Positions 47,218 through 55,322 of a stretch of 64,000 nt of DNA are shown here, piece after piece. A program made the position numbers and the translations under genes. Location of the stretch: positions 35,063-99,062 of the forward strand of contig JAYTVW010000161.1 in the NCBI GenBank assembly GCA_043743785.1, in the 5' to 3' direction. Position 1 is the stretch's first letter; the number at the start of each line of letters is the position of its first letter. Under the pieces are notes generated by a model, which was not told the origin of the DNA, ran no database searches, and was given only the letters and a program-made list of their open reading frames with translations. The DNA comes from Rhodocyclales bacterium. Its GTDB lineage: Bacteria; Pseudomonadota; Gammaproteobacteria; Burkholderiales; Rhodocyclaceae.

Positions 47218-48558
47218 ATGACCAAGAAAGTCTATATCCGCACCTTCGGCTGCCAGATGAACGAGTACGACTCGGACAAGATGGTGGACGTTCTCGTCCA
47301 GCAAGCCGGAGCCGACGGCCTGGAAAAGACGGACCGCCCCGAAGACGCGGACATCATCCTGTTCAACACCTGTTCCATCCGGGAAAAAGCCCAGGAAAAG
47401 GTCTTCCACGACCTGGGCCGGGTACGCACCCTGAAACTCGCCAAGCCAAGCCTGATCATCGGCGTCGGCGGCTGCGTGGCCAGCCAGGAAGGGGCCGCCA
47501 TCATTGGCCGGGCGCCCTATGTGGACGTGGTCTTCGGGCCGCAAACCCTGCACCGGCTGCCGGAACTCATCCAGCAGCGGCGGGCCACGGGCAAGGCCCA
47601 GGTAGATGTGTCCTTCCCGGAAATCGAGAAGTTCGACAACATGCCGCCAGCCAAGGTGGAGGGGGCCACGGCCTTCGTTTCCATCATGGAAGGCTGTTCC
47701 AAGTTCTGCACTTACTGCATCGTGCCCTTCACCCGAGGTGACGAAGTCTCCCGCCCCCTGGCGGACATCCTCACCGAAATCGCCGGACTAGCCCAGCAGG
47801 GCGTCAAGGAAATCACCCTCTTGGGCCAGAACGTGAATGCCTGGCGCGGTCTCATGGACGACGGCAGTACCGCCGACCTGGCCTTCTTGCTGGAAATCGC
47901 GGCCGACGTGCCGGGGATCGAGCGCCTGCGCTTCACCACTTCCCACCCACGGGAATTCAACGCCCGGCTGGTGGACGTGTATACCCGGGTGCCCAAGCTG
48001 GTGAGCCACCTGCACCTGCCGGTGCAGTCAGGCTCTGACCGGGTGCTGGCGGCCATGAAGCGCGGCTACACCGTGCTGGAATACAAGAGCCTCGTGCGGA
48101 AAATCCGCGCCGCCCGGCCCGACATCTGCCTGTCCTCCGACTTCATCGTCGGCTTCCCCGGCGAGACCGAGGCCGACTTCGAGGCCACCATGAAGCTCAT
48201 CGAGGATGTGAGGTTCGACGCCTCCTTCAGCTTCATTTTCAGCCCCCGCCCGGGCACTCCGGCGGCGGACATGGCGGACGACACGCCAGCGGAAGTGAAA
48301 TCCGCCCGCCTCAAGCGCCTGCAGACGCGCATCGAGGAACTGGCCCAGGAAGTGAACCAGTCCATGGTGGGCAGCATCCAGCGGGTGCTGGTGGAAGGCC
48401 ACGCCAAGAAGGATGCCCTGGAACTGGCGGGCCGCACCGACAACAACCGCATCGTGAATTTCGCAGGGAATGCGCGCCTGCTGCACCAGTTCGTGGACGT
48501 ACGCATCACCTCCTCCCTGCCCCACTCCCTGCGCGGCGAGATCCTGGTAAAGGAATGA
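47218..48558 (+). CDS. miaB: tRNA-2-methylthio-N6-dimethylallyladenosine synthase
   Basis: [17 protein letters not shown]-terminus and the radical-SAM motif [12 protein letters not shown]-terminal TRAM domain. Confidence 0.93.
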   Translation: MTKKVYIRTFGCQMNEYDSDKMVDVLVQQAGADGLEKTDRPEDADIILFNTCSIREKAQEKVFHDLGRVRTLKLAKPSLIIGVGGCVASQEGAAIIGRAPYVDVVFGPQTLHRLPELIQQRRATGKAQVDVSFPEIEKFDNMPPAKVEGATAFVSIMEGCSKFCTYCIVPFTRGDEVSRPLADILTEIAGLAQQGVKEITLLGQNVNAWRGLMDDGSTADLAFLLEIAADVPGIERLRFTTSHPREFNARLVDVYTRVPKLVSHLHLPVQSGSDRVLAAMKRGYTVLEYKSLVRKIRAARPDICLSSDFIVGFPGETEADFEATMKLIEDVRFDASFSFIFSPRPGTPAADMADDTPAEVKSARLKRLQTRIEELAQEVNQSMVGSIQRVLVEGHAKKDALELAGRTDNNRIVNFAGNARLLHQFVDVRITSSLPHSLRGEILVKE

Positions 48559-48559
48559 C

Positions 48560-48690
48560 TTTGAAACGCCGAGGCGCCGAGGCGCCGAGAAACCCGAGAA
48601 CAATGCCGGTGCTGGCATCCCCGCATCCCGAGTCCGCGCATACGGGGCAGCCCTTGTCTTTCCTCTGCGCCTCTGCGCCTCGGCGTTTGA
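48560..48690. repeat. octamer-armed inverted-repeat element (family A), copy 4
   Basis: TTTGAAACGCCGAGGCGCCGAGGCGCCGAG ... CCTCTGCGCCTCTGCGCCTCGGCGTTTGA. Lies in the miaB-phoH spacer, starting 2 nt after the miaB stop. Confidence 0.85.
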
Positions 48691-48730
48691 GAACAGCTTT
48701 TCAACAGAACTCACTCCCGTCGCAGGCGCA

Positions 48731-49693
48731 ATGAACCCCCAATTCCTCCAACTCACCCTCACCCCTCTGGACAATGCCCAGCTGGCCACCCTGTGCGGGC
48801 CCCTGGACGAAAACCTGCGGCAGATCGAGATGGCCTTCGACGTGGAAATCGCCCGCCGGGGAGAGAACTTCAGCGTCCATGGCACCCTGAACCAGGCCCG
48901 GGGCGCCGCCAATGCCCTGGAGCACTTCTACGCCAAGGCGCAAAGCGGCCTGTCCATTGAGGATATCCAGCTGGGGCTGGTGGAACTGCTATCCACCCGC
49001 CAAGCGGCGGCGCCGGCCCCCGTGCTCCTCACCCGCAAGTCGGACCTGCACGGCCGCACGCCCAACCAGACTCAGTATCTGCGCCAGATCCAGGCCCATG
49101 ACATTACCTTCGGCATCGGCCCGGCGGGCACCGGCAAGACCTACCTGGCGGTGGCCTCGGCGGTGGACGCCTTCGAGCGGGACCAGGTGAGCCGCATCGT
49201 GCTGACCCGGCCGGCCGTCGAAGCTGGCGAACGCCTGGGCTTTTTGCCCGGCGACCTGTCGCAAAAGGTGGATCCCTACCTGCGGCCCCTCTACGACGCC
49301 CTCTACGACCTGATGGGTTTCGACAAGGTGGCGAAGATGTTCGAGCGCCAGGCCATCGAGGTGGCACCCCTGGCCTACATGCGCGGACGCACCCTGAACC
49401 ACGCCTTCATCATCCTGGACGAGGCCCAGAACACCACGCCGGAGCAGATGAAAATGTTCCTGACCCGCATCGGCATCGGCGCCAAGGCCGTCGTGACCGG
49501 CGACGTCACCCAGATCGACCTACCGAAGAACCAGAAGAGCGGCCTCATCGAGGCCCGGCGCATCCTGGCGGAAGTTCGCGGCATCGCCTTCACCGACTTC
49601 GACGCCGCCGACGTGGTGCGCCACCCCCTGGTGGCCCGCATCGTGTCGGCCTACGAGAAGGAAGAAGCAGCCCGCAACCCAAGGCCGGCTTGA
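48731..49693 (+). CDS. phoH: PhoH-family ATPase (YbeZ)
   Basis: Walker A GPAGTGKTYLAV. PhoH-like sequence. Conserved position between miaB and ybeY. Confidence 0.9.
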   Translation: MNPQFLQLTLTPLDNAQLATLCGPLDENLRQIEMAFDVEIARRGENFSVHGTLNQARGAANALEHFYAKAQSGLSIEDIQLGLVELLSTRQAAAPAPVLLTRKSDLHGRTPNQTQYLRQIQAHDITFGIGPAGTGKTYLAVASAVDAFERDQVSRIVLTRPAVEAGERLGFLPGDLSQKVDPYLRPLYDALYDLMGFDKVAKMFERQAIEVAPLAYMRGRTLNHAFIILDEAQNTTPEQMKMFLTRIGIGAKAVVTGDVTQIDLPKNQKSGLIEARRILAEVRGIAFTDFDAADVVRHPLVARIVSAYEKEEAARNPRPA

Positions 49694-49700
49694 ATCCGGC

Positions 49701-49724
49701 CTGACAACTGACAATTGACAACTG
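49701..49724 (+). repeat. tandem heptamer (CTGACAA)3 directly upstream of the ybeY start
   Basis: CTGACAA CTGACAA TTGACAA CTG then ATG 49725. Preceded by the hairpin AGGCCGG-N7-CCGGCCT spanning the phoH stop. Confidence 0.7.
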
Positions 49725-50180
49725 ATGCCCACCAAACTCTCCCTCTCCGTGCAATACGCCTGTAACGATGATGCCTTACCCTCCCGACCCCAGGTTCGGC
49801 GCTGGGTGACCCGGGCGCTGAAGGCTGCGGAACCCGCCACGGCCCTGGTGACGGTGCGCTTCGTCGATGCGGAGGAAGGCCAGCAACTCAACCGGGATTA
49901 CCGGGAGAAGGACTACGCCACCAACGTGCTGACCTTCGCCTACCTGCCAGGTCCAGAGCTGGCCGGCGATCTGGCCTTGTGCCTGCCGGTGGTTTTGAAG
50001 GAAGCGGCGGAGCAGGGCAAGACGCCGGAAGCCCATTTCGCCCATCTGGTGGTGCATGGTATTCTCCACCTCCAAGGTTTCGACCATCTCGAAGATGAAC
50101 AGGCCGAAGTCATGGAAGCCGCCGAAAAGGAACTCCTGGCGAAGATGGGCTTTGCGGACCCCTATGCGGCAGAACGGTAA
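49725..50180 (+). CDS. ybeY: rRNA maturation endoribonuclease YbeY
   Basis: 151 aa. [15 protein letters not shown] zinc-binding motif. Confidence 0.9.
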   Translation: MPTKLSLSVQYACNDDALPSRPQVRRWVTRALKAAEPATALVTVRFVDAEEGQQLNRDYREKDYATNVLTFAYLPGPELAGDLALCLPVVLKEAAEQGKTPEAHFAHLVVHGILHLQGFDHLEDEQAEVMEAAEKELLAKMGFADPYAAER

Positions 50181-50183
50181 ATT

Positions 50184-50249
50184 GTGAGGTGTTAGGAATG
50201 AGGAGTCCGGGGTCGTTCCCCCCTCACTCCTCACCCCTCACCCCTCACG
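50184..50249. repeat. heptad-repeat hairpin, GTGAGG/CCTCAC variant
   Basis: GTGAGGTGTTAGGAATGAGGAG - loop - CTCACTCCTCACCCCTCACCCCTCAC. Lies immediately after the ybeY stop. Confidence 0.75.
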
Positions 50250-50259
50250 CATTACAAAT

Positions 50260-51102
50260 ATGGACCTACCCAGTAGTCGACCTTCCCTTCTTGAACGCCT
50301 CTCCTCCCTGTTGACCCGGGAGCCTGAAGACCGGGAGCAACTTGTCGAGTTGCTTCACTCCGCCTTCGAACGCAATCTCCTCGACGCCGACGCCCTCTCC
50401 ATCATCGAGGGGGCCATGCAGGTTTCCGACATGTCGGTGCGGGACATCATGGTGCCCCGAGCCCAGATGGACACCCTGGACGTGGACTCGCCCCTGGACG
50501 CCATCGTCAAGCGGGTGGTGGACACCACCCACTCACGCTTCCCCGTCATTGGCGACAACAAGGACGACGTGATCGGCATCCTGCTGGCCAAGGACATGCT
50601 GAAACTGTTCGCTGGCGAGGATCTGAGCCTGCGGGACATGCTGCGGCCGGCGGTGTTCATCCCCGAATCCAAGCGCCTGAACGTATTGCTGCGGGAATTC
50701 CGCATCAGCCGCAACCACATGGCCATGGTGGTGGACGAGTACGGCGGCGTGGCAGGCCTGGTGACCATCGAGGATGTACTGGAGCAGATCGTCGGCGACA
50801 TCGAGGACGAGTACGACTGGGACGAGGACAGCGACAACATCCGGCCGGACCAGAACGGGCGCTTCCGCGTGAAGGCCACCACGGAGATCGAGGACTTCAA
50901 CGAAGCCTTTTCGACCACCTTCGACGACGAGGAATACGACACCGTGGGCGGCCTCATCATCCGCAAACTCGGGCGCCTGCCCAAGCGCGGCGAAATCGTA
51001 ATCCTGGACAACATGCGCTTCCAGGTCCTCCGCGCCGACAGCCGGCGGGTGCATACCTTGCTGGTGGAGCCGCGCCCCCCTGTCCCGGCGGGGTCGGATT
51101 GA
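50260..51102 (+). CDS. corC: CBS-pair / CorC_HlyC transporter-associated protein (CorC/YbeX)
   Basis: 280 aa. Two CBS repeats plus a C-terminal transporter-associated domain. Conserved position before lnt. Confidence 0.9.
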   Translation: MDLPSSRPSLLERLSSLLTREPEDREQLVELLHSAFERNLLDADALSIIEGAMQVSDMSVRDIMVPRAQMDTLDVDSPLDAIVKRVVDTTHSRFPVIGDNKDDVIGILLAKDMLKLFAGEDLSLRDMLRPAVFIPESKRLNVLLREFRISRNHMAMVVDEYGGVAGLVTIEDVLEQIVGDIEDEYDWDEDSDNIRPDQNGRFRVKATTEIEDFNEAFSTTFDDEEYDTVGGLIIRKLGRLPKRGEIVILDNMRFQVLRADSRRVHTLLVEPRPPVPAGSD

Positions 51103-51120
51103 GCCCGGTTTCAAAAGCAT

Positions 51121-51265
51121 TTTCACCGCAGAGACGCAGAGGCGCAGAGGAAAGCCAAAGCTGTCGTAGGTCGGGTTTCAACCCGACAGGCACGCGGGCA
51201 TGGACTTGTCGGGCTGAAGCCGGACCTACCGTTCTTCTCTGCGCCTCTGCGCCTCTGCGTTTCAA
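51121..51265. repeat. octamer-armed inverted-repeat element (family A), copy 5, CAGAGG variant with a nested GTAG-REP pair
   Basis: TTTCACCGCAGAGACGCAGAGGCGCAGAGG ... CTCTGCGCCTCTGCGCCTCTGCGTTTCAA. Lies in the corC-lnt spacer. Confidence 0.85.
51166..51229. repeat. GTAG-type REP pair, family 1, nested in family-A element copy 5
   Basis: GTAGGTCGGGTTTCAACCCGACAG ... TTGTCGGGCTGAAGCCGGACCTAC. Confidence 0.8.
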
Positions 51266-51280
51266 TCCGGCTTTTCAAGC

Positions 51281-52861
51281 ATGAAGTCCTCGGCCCATTT
51301 CGCCCGGGCCTTCGGCCTGGGAGTTCTGTCGGTGGGCGGGTTTGCCCCTTTCGGGCTTATTCCCCTCACGCCCCTGGCCCTGGCCGGCGTGTTTTTCCTC
51401 TGGCGCAGGCACCCGGAAAAAGCGCCCCTGGCGGGATGGAGCTACGGCTTCGGCCTGTTCCTGGCCGGCGTTTCCTGGATCTATGTGAGCCTGCACCAGT
51501 TCGGCGGCATGGCGGCGCCCCTGTCGCTGCTAGCCGTGGCACTGTTCGCCGCCGTCATGGCCCTCTACCCTCTAATTGCGGGCTGGCTGTTCCGCCGCTT
51601 CCAGGGCACAAGCTGGCTGACGGACGCCCTGTTGGCCGCAGCCTGCTGGACCCTGATGGAGTGGGTGCGGGGCTGGATGTTCACCGGCTTTCCCTGGCTG
51701 GTGGCCGGCTATTCCCAGACGCCCCCCAGCCCCCTGGCCGGCTTCGCCCCCCTCTTCGGCGTGTACGGCATCACCCTGGCGCTGACGCTTGCCGCAGCGC
51801 TCATCGCCTTCGCGTGGGGCGAACGAGCCCATCTGCGCACCAGCGGCGGCTTCCTCGGCTTATTGCTGCTGGCGGGCGCCCTGCTGCTGCCCATTGCCTG
51901 GACCACACCCCGGCCCACGGCGATTGAAGTGAGTCTGCTGCAGGGCAACATCGAGCAAAGCCTGAAATGGCGCCCGGAACTCCTGGATCTATCCCTCAAC
52001 ACTTACCAGAAACTGGCCCGGGAGAATCCGGCGCGTATCCTGGTGCTGCCGGAAACCGCCCTGCCCATCGCCCTGGAACGCCTGCCCCTGTCCTATCTGG
52101 AGACCCTGCGGGGCGGCAAGGGAGCGGGCTCGACTTTACAAGACGCCCCTGAGCATGAAAGTCGTGCCCGTTCTCCCTCCCCCCCCCGCCCCTCTCCCCT
52201 GAAGGGCGAGGGGAGCGTCGTGAGTCGCTCCGCGACTTTCGTAGAACGGGACGTGATCATCGGCGCCATCACTTTCGACCAGGCGGGCAACCCGTATAAC
52301 GCCGCCGTGAGTTTCGGCGCCGCCCCCAGCCAGCGCTACGCCAAGTCCCACCTGGTGGCCTTCGGCGAATTCACGCCGCCCCTCTTCAAATGGACCCTGG
52401 ACTTGCTGTCCATCCCCATGTCGGACCTGTCCCGGGGCACCCTGAACCAGCCGCCCCTGGCCCTGGCCGGGGAAAAGATCGCCGTGAATATCTGCTACGA
52501 GGATGTCTTCGGCGAGGAAATCATACGCGCCCTGCCGGAGGCGACCATCCTGCTGAACCTCTCCAACACCGCCTGGTTCGGGGACTCCTTCGCCCAGCCC
52601 CAACACCTGCAGATTTCCCGCATGCGCGCCCTGGAAACCGGCCGCCCCATGCTGCGCGCCACCAACACCGGCATGACGGCAGCAATCGCCCCTGATGGCA
52701 CCGTCCTGGGTGTCCTGCCCCCCTTCACCGTCGGCGCCCTGAAAGTAACGGTGCACGGCTATGAGGGCCTCACCCCCTACGCCCGCTGGGGCAACTGGCC
52801 GGCCATCCTGGCCTGCCTGGGGATGCTGGGCTACGCCGTCTGGCGCAAACGCAAGGCGTAG
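51281..52861 (+). CDS. lnt: apolipoprotein N-acyltransferase
   Basis: N-terminal TM region plus a nitrilase-like domain with LPETA, KSHLVAFGE and NICYED (catalytic Glu/Lys/Cys contexts). Contains an in-frame 84-nt repeat element at 52157-52240. Confidence 0.9.
   Translation: MKSSAHFARAFGLGVLSVGGFAPFGLIPLTPLALAGVFFLWRRHPEKAPLAGWSYGFGLFLAGVSWIYVSLHQFGGMAAPLSLLAVALFAAVMALYPLIAGWLFRRFQGTSWLTDALLAAACWTLMEWVRGWMFTGFPWLVAGYSQTPPSPLAGFAPLFGVYGITLALTLAAALIAFAWGERAHLRTSGGFLGLLLLAGALLLPIAWTTPRPTAIEVSLLQGNIEQSLKWRPELLDLSLNTYQKLARENPARILVLPETALPIALERLPLSYLETLRGGKGAGSTLQDAPEHESRARSPSPPRPSPLKGEGSVVSRSATFVERDVIIGAITFDQAGNPYNAAVSFGAAPSQRYAKSHLVAFGEFTPPLFKWTLDLLSIPMSDLSRGTLNQPPLALAGEKIAVNICYEDVFGEEIIRALPEATILLNLSNTAWFGDSFAQPQHLQISRMRALETGRPMLRATNTGMTAAIAPDGTVLGVLPPFTVGALKVTVHGYEGLTPYARWGNWPAILACLGMLGYAVWRKRKA
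52157..52240. repeat. family B element inside the lnt coding sequence
   Basis: GAAAGTCG...CCCCTCTCCCCTGAAGGGCGAGGGGAGCGTCGTGAGTCGCTCCGCGACTTTC, the reverse orientation of the 11.2 kb copy. 84 nt, starting on a codon boundary. Confidence 0.8.
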
Positions 52862-52887
52862 TGCCTTCGCCCCACATTGGAACCTCC

Positions 52888-53103
52888 ATGGACCCCGCCA
52901 GCCTCGAACTGCTCGTCACGAGAACCATGCCCTACGGCAAGTACAAGGGCCGCCTGATCGCGGATCTGCCGGGGAACTATTTGAACTGGTTCGCCCGGGA
53001 AGGTTTTCCGTCGGGGGAACTGGGGCGCTTGCTGGCCCTCATGCAGGAGTTGGACCACAACGGCCTCGGGCACCTGCTGACGCCGCTGAGAAAAGGCAAT
53101 TGA
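52888..53103 (+). CDS. DUF3820-like small protein
   Basis: MPYGKYKGRLIADLPGNYLNWF motif. ATG 52888 preferred. GTG 52861, overlapping the lnt stop, is an alternative. Confidence 0.6.
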   Translation: MDPASLELLVTRTMPYGKYKGRLIADLPGNYLNWFAREGFPSGELGRLLALMQELDHNGLGHLLTPLRKGN

Positions 53104-53104
53104 C

Positions 53105-53220
53105 TAAACGCCGAGACGCCGAGGAATACTTGAGAAACCAATCAGCCTCACCCATTTGGTGAGCCCACGATTGTTGCCATATCTTTGTTTTCTCGGCGCC
53201 TCTGCGCCTCGGCGTTTCAA
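53105..53220. repeat. octamer-armed inverted-repeat element (family A), copy 6
   Basis: TAAACGCCGAGACGCCGAGG ... CTCGGCGCCTCTGCGCCTCGGCGTTTCAA. Starts 2 nt after the DUF3820 gene stop. Confidence 0.8.
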
Positions 53221-53225
53221 ACAGT

Positions 53226-54032
53226 TCAGCGCGGGAAGTTCAGGGTGGTGGGGAAGGTCAGCTCATAGATGCGGTAGCTGCCGGAGCCCTGGGCGCTGGC
53301 GAGTTTGTAAGCACTCCTGGCTGACTGCAGGAGCAATTCGGCCTCCACCCCATGCTCGGGAAACAGGCTGATGCCGATGGCGGCGCCCACATGGACGGCG
53401 CTTCCGTCCGCCAGCGTGAGGGGCGTCTGAAGCAAGCGAATCATTTCCAGCGCCAGGGACTCTGCATCCAGGGAGGCGGCCAGGTTTTCCAGCACCAGAA
53501 CAAAGTGATCGCTGTCAATCCGCGCCAGGGTATCCAGTTCCCGCCAGCGCTGTTTCAGGCGTTGGGCCACCCCCTGCAACACCTCCTCCTGGGCGCCGAA
53601 ACCCCGTTGCCCATCCGGTCCGATATATAGCACGGCACCAAGCTCGCCATTGCGACGCACCCGCGCCAGGGTATGGTTCAGGCGAATGGAGAGCAGCAAG
53701 GGGCTGGGCAGGTCGGTCACGGCGTCGTAGAGGTCCGCATGTTCCTCGGGTCTGGTCTCGGCAAGCGCCGTGGGCATGGCCCGGTCAGGCGCCGTGTCCC
53801 CCCCTTCTTTCCCCGCAGCAGGCGCTATTGGCCCCGCGCCGTGAGGAAGGGCCGTTCTGCCCTCGAGCATGCTGACAATTCCGCCGTGAGCACCTTTGGC
53901 CGTTGCGCCATAGGGCGACTCCAGCAGCAGGGGAACATAGGTTTGGAAAGCGTCCAGCGCCTCCTCCCTTGAGAACACCTCGAAGGTAAATCGCAGATCC
54001 GGATTTGAGTCGGAAGAAACGGTGATCTTCAT
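53226..54032 (-). CDS. degenerate GGDEF-domain protein
   Basis: C-terminal half aligns with diguanylate-cyclase domains (DAVTDLPS ... LARIDSDHFVLVL ... IGISLFPEHG), but the GG[DE]EF site reads IDSDHF. Confidence 0.65.
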   Translation of the reverse strand: MKITVSSDSNPDLRFTFEVFSREEALDAFQTYVPLLLESPYGATAKGAHGGIVSMLEGRTALPHGAGPIAPAAGKEGGDTAPDRAMPTALAETRPEEHADLYDAVTDLPSPLLLSIRLNHTLARVRRNGELGAVLYIGPDGQRGFGAQEEVLQGVAQRLKQRWRELDTLARIDSDHFVLVLENLAASLDAESLALEMIRLLQTPLTLADGSAVHVGAAIGISLFPEHGVEAELLLQSARSAYKLASAQGSGSYRIYELTFPTTLNFPR

Positions 54033-54062
54033 AGGGATTTTCGGAAAATTCGTGTTCCACCC

Positions 54063-54146
54063 GTAGGTCGGGCTTCAGCCCGACCCACAATTGAGCGCGC
54101 AGGATGCGCAGGGAATGCTGGGCACGCTGCGCTTTGCCCACCCTAC
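54063..54146. repeat. chimeric REP pair (family 1 left unit, family 2 right unit)
   Basis: GTAGGTCGGGCTTCAGCCCGAC ... GGGCACGCTGCGCTTTGCCCACCCTAC. Confidence 0.7.
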
Positions 54147-54150
54147 AACA

Positions 54151-54486
54151 TCAAACGCCCCAGGTCACCGGGGTGTCGTCCTTCAGGGAATATTCCATCA
54201 GCTCGATGAGGGGAATGGCCCGCTGGAAGAGGCTGACGTTGTCGATATCCGCCTTCAGCTTGGCCTTGTCCGCGTCCCGGTCCAGGGCTTCGCGGCGGGC
54301 GCGGGCTTCCGCCAGATCCTCTGCCGCTTCCGCCTTGAGAAGGGCAATGGCCTCCGGCAGTTGTGCCACCGTGAAAATACCCTTGGGCTCTTCCGGATCC
54401 TTGCCGGCAATTTTCAAGAGCTTCTTGCCCACGTGGGCAAAGGTGATGACGTCGCCGGATGCCCTGGATTTGAAAATGATCAACAT
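54151..54486 (-). CDS. DUF1840-like protein
   Basis: 111 aa. MLIIFKSRASGDVITFAHVGKKLLKIAGKD N-terminus, as in DUF1840 proteins. Confidence 0.65.
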   Translation of the reverse strand: MLIIFKSRASGDVITFAHVGKKLLKIAGKDPEEPKGIFTVAQLPEAIALLKAEAAEDLAEARARREALDRDADKAKLKADIDNVSLFQRAIPLIELMEYSLKDDTPVTWGV

Positions 54487-54540
54487 GTGCTCACCCCCTT
54501 GGAATTAAGCCGTCCATTCTAGCCCTTCGGCAGCCAATCA

Positions 54541-54574
54541 AGACACAAACAAAACGGGGCACCAGGCGCCCCGT
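54541..54574 (-). terminator. rho-independent terminator after the VOC-family gene
   Basis: Stem ACGGGGC / GCCCCGT (54554-54574). On the minus strand it is followed by TTTTGTTTGT. Confidence 0.6.
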
Positions 54575-54599
54575 TCTTTCTTGCCCCGCTGCCGAAAAA

Positions 54600-55076
54600 T
54601 CAGCTGGCGAATTTGGCGAAGGCTTCCACCACTTCCGGCGGCGCCTGCACCAGTTCGATGAGCACGCCTTCCCCGGAGATGGGGAACTGCTCATTGGACT
54701 TGGGATGCAGGAAGGTGATGTCGTAACCCGCCGCACCCTTCCTGATACCTCCGGGGGCGAAGCGCACGCCCTGGGCGGTGAGCCATTCCACGGCCACCGG
54801 CAGGTCGTCCACCCACAGGCCCACGTGGTTGAGGGGCGTGGTATGCACGGCGGGCTTCTTGTCCGGGTCCACCGGCTGCATGAGGTCCACTTCCACCTTG
54901 AACGGGCCCTTGCCCATGGCGGTGATGTCCTCGTCCACATTCTCCCGTTCGCTGACGAAATTGCCCGTCACTTCCAGGCCGAACATATCCACCCACAGGG
55001 TACGCAAACGGTCCTTGCTGGGGCCGCCGATGGCGATCTGTTGAACACCAAGAATCTTGAAAGGACGCTGGCTCAT
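54600..55076 (-). CDS. VOC-family (glyoxalase/bleomycin-resistance fold) protein
   Basis: 158 aa. Paired beta-alpha-beta-beta-beta modules ([10 protein letters not shown] ... [10 protein letters not shown] ... VLIELVQ). Confidence 0.8.
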   Translation of the reverse strand: MSQRPFKILGVQQIAIGGPSKDRLRTLWVDMFGLEVTGNFVSERENVDEDITAMGKGPFKVEVDLMQPVDPDKKPAVHTTPLNHVGLWVDDLPVAVEWLTAQGVRFAPGGIRKGAAGYDITFLHPKSNEQFPISGEGVLIELVQAPPEVVEAFAKFAS

Positions 55077-55322
55077 GCTTGCTCCGTAATTATGAATAAC
55101 GACAGCCCGGAACTATAGCCGAAGCCGGGATGCGCGTCATCTTTCGAAACGCTCCACACCTCCCTCCTCAAGTTCACCGCGATACGGGACGTAGAAGAAA
55201 GGCTACCGCACGTCGTCGCCAGCGCCATGCATTCAAGGCCAGCCGCAAAGGGGCTATCATCCCCTTGCTTCAGGCAAACGGTTTAGAGACACCGCCGCAA
55301 CAATAAAAACAGGGGATACACC

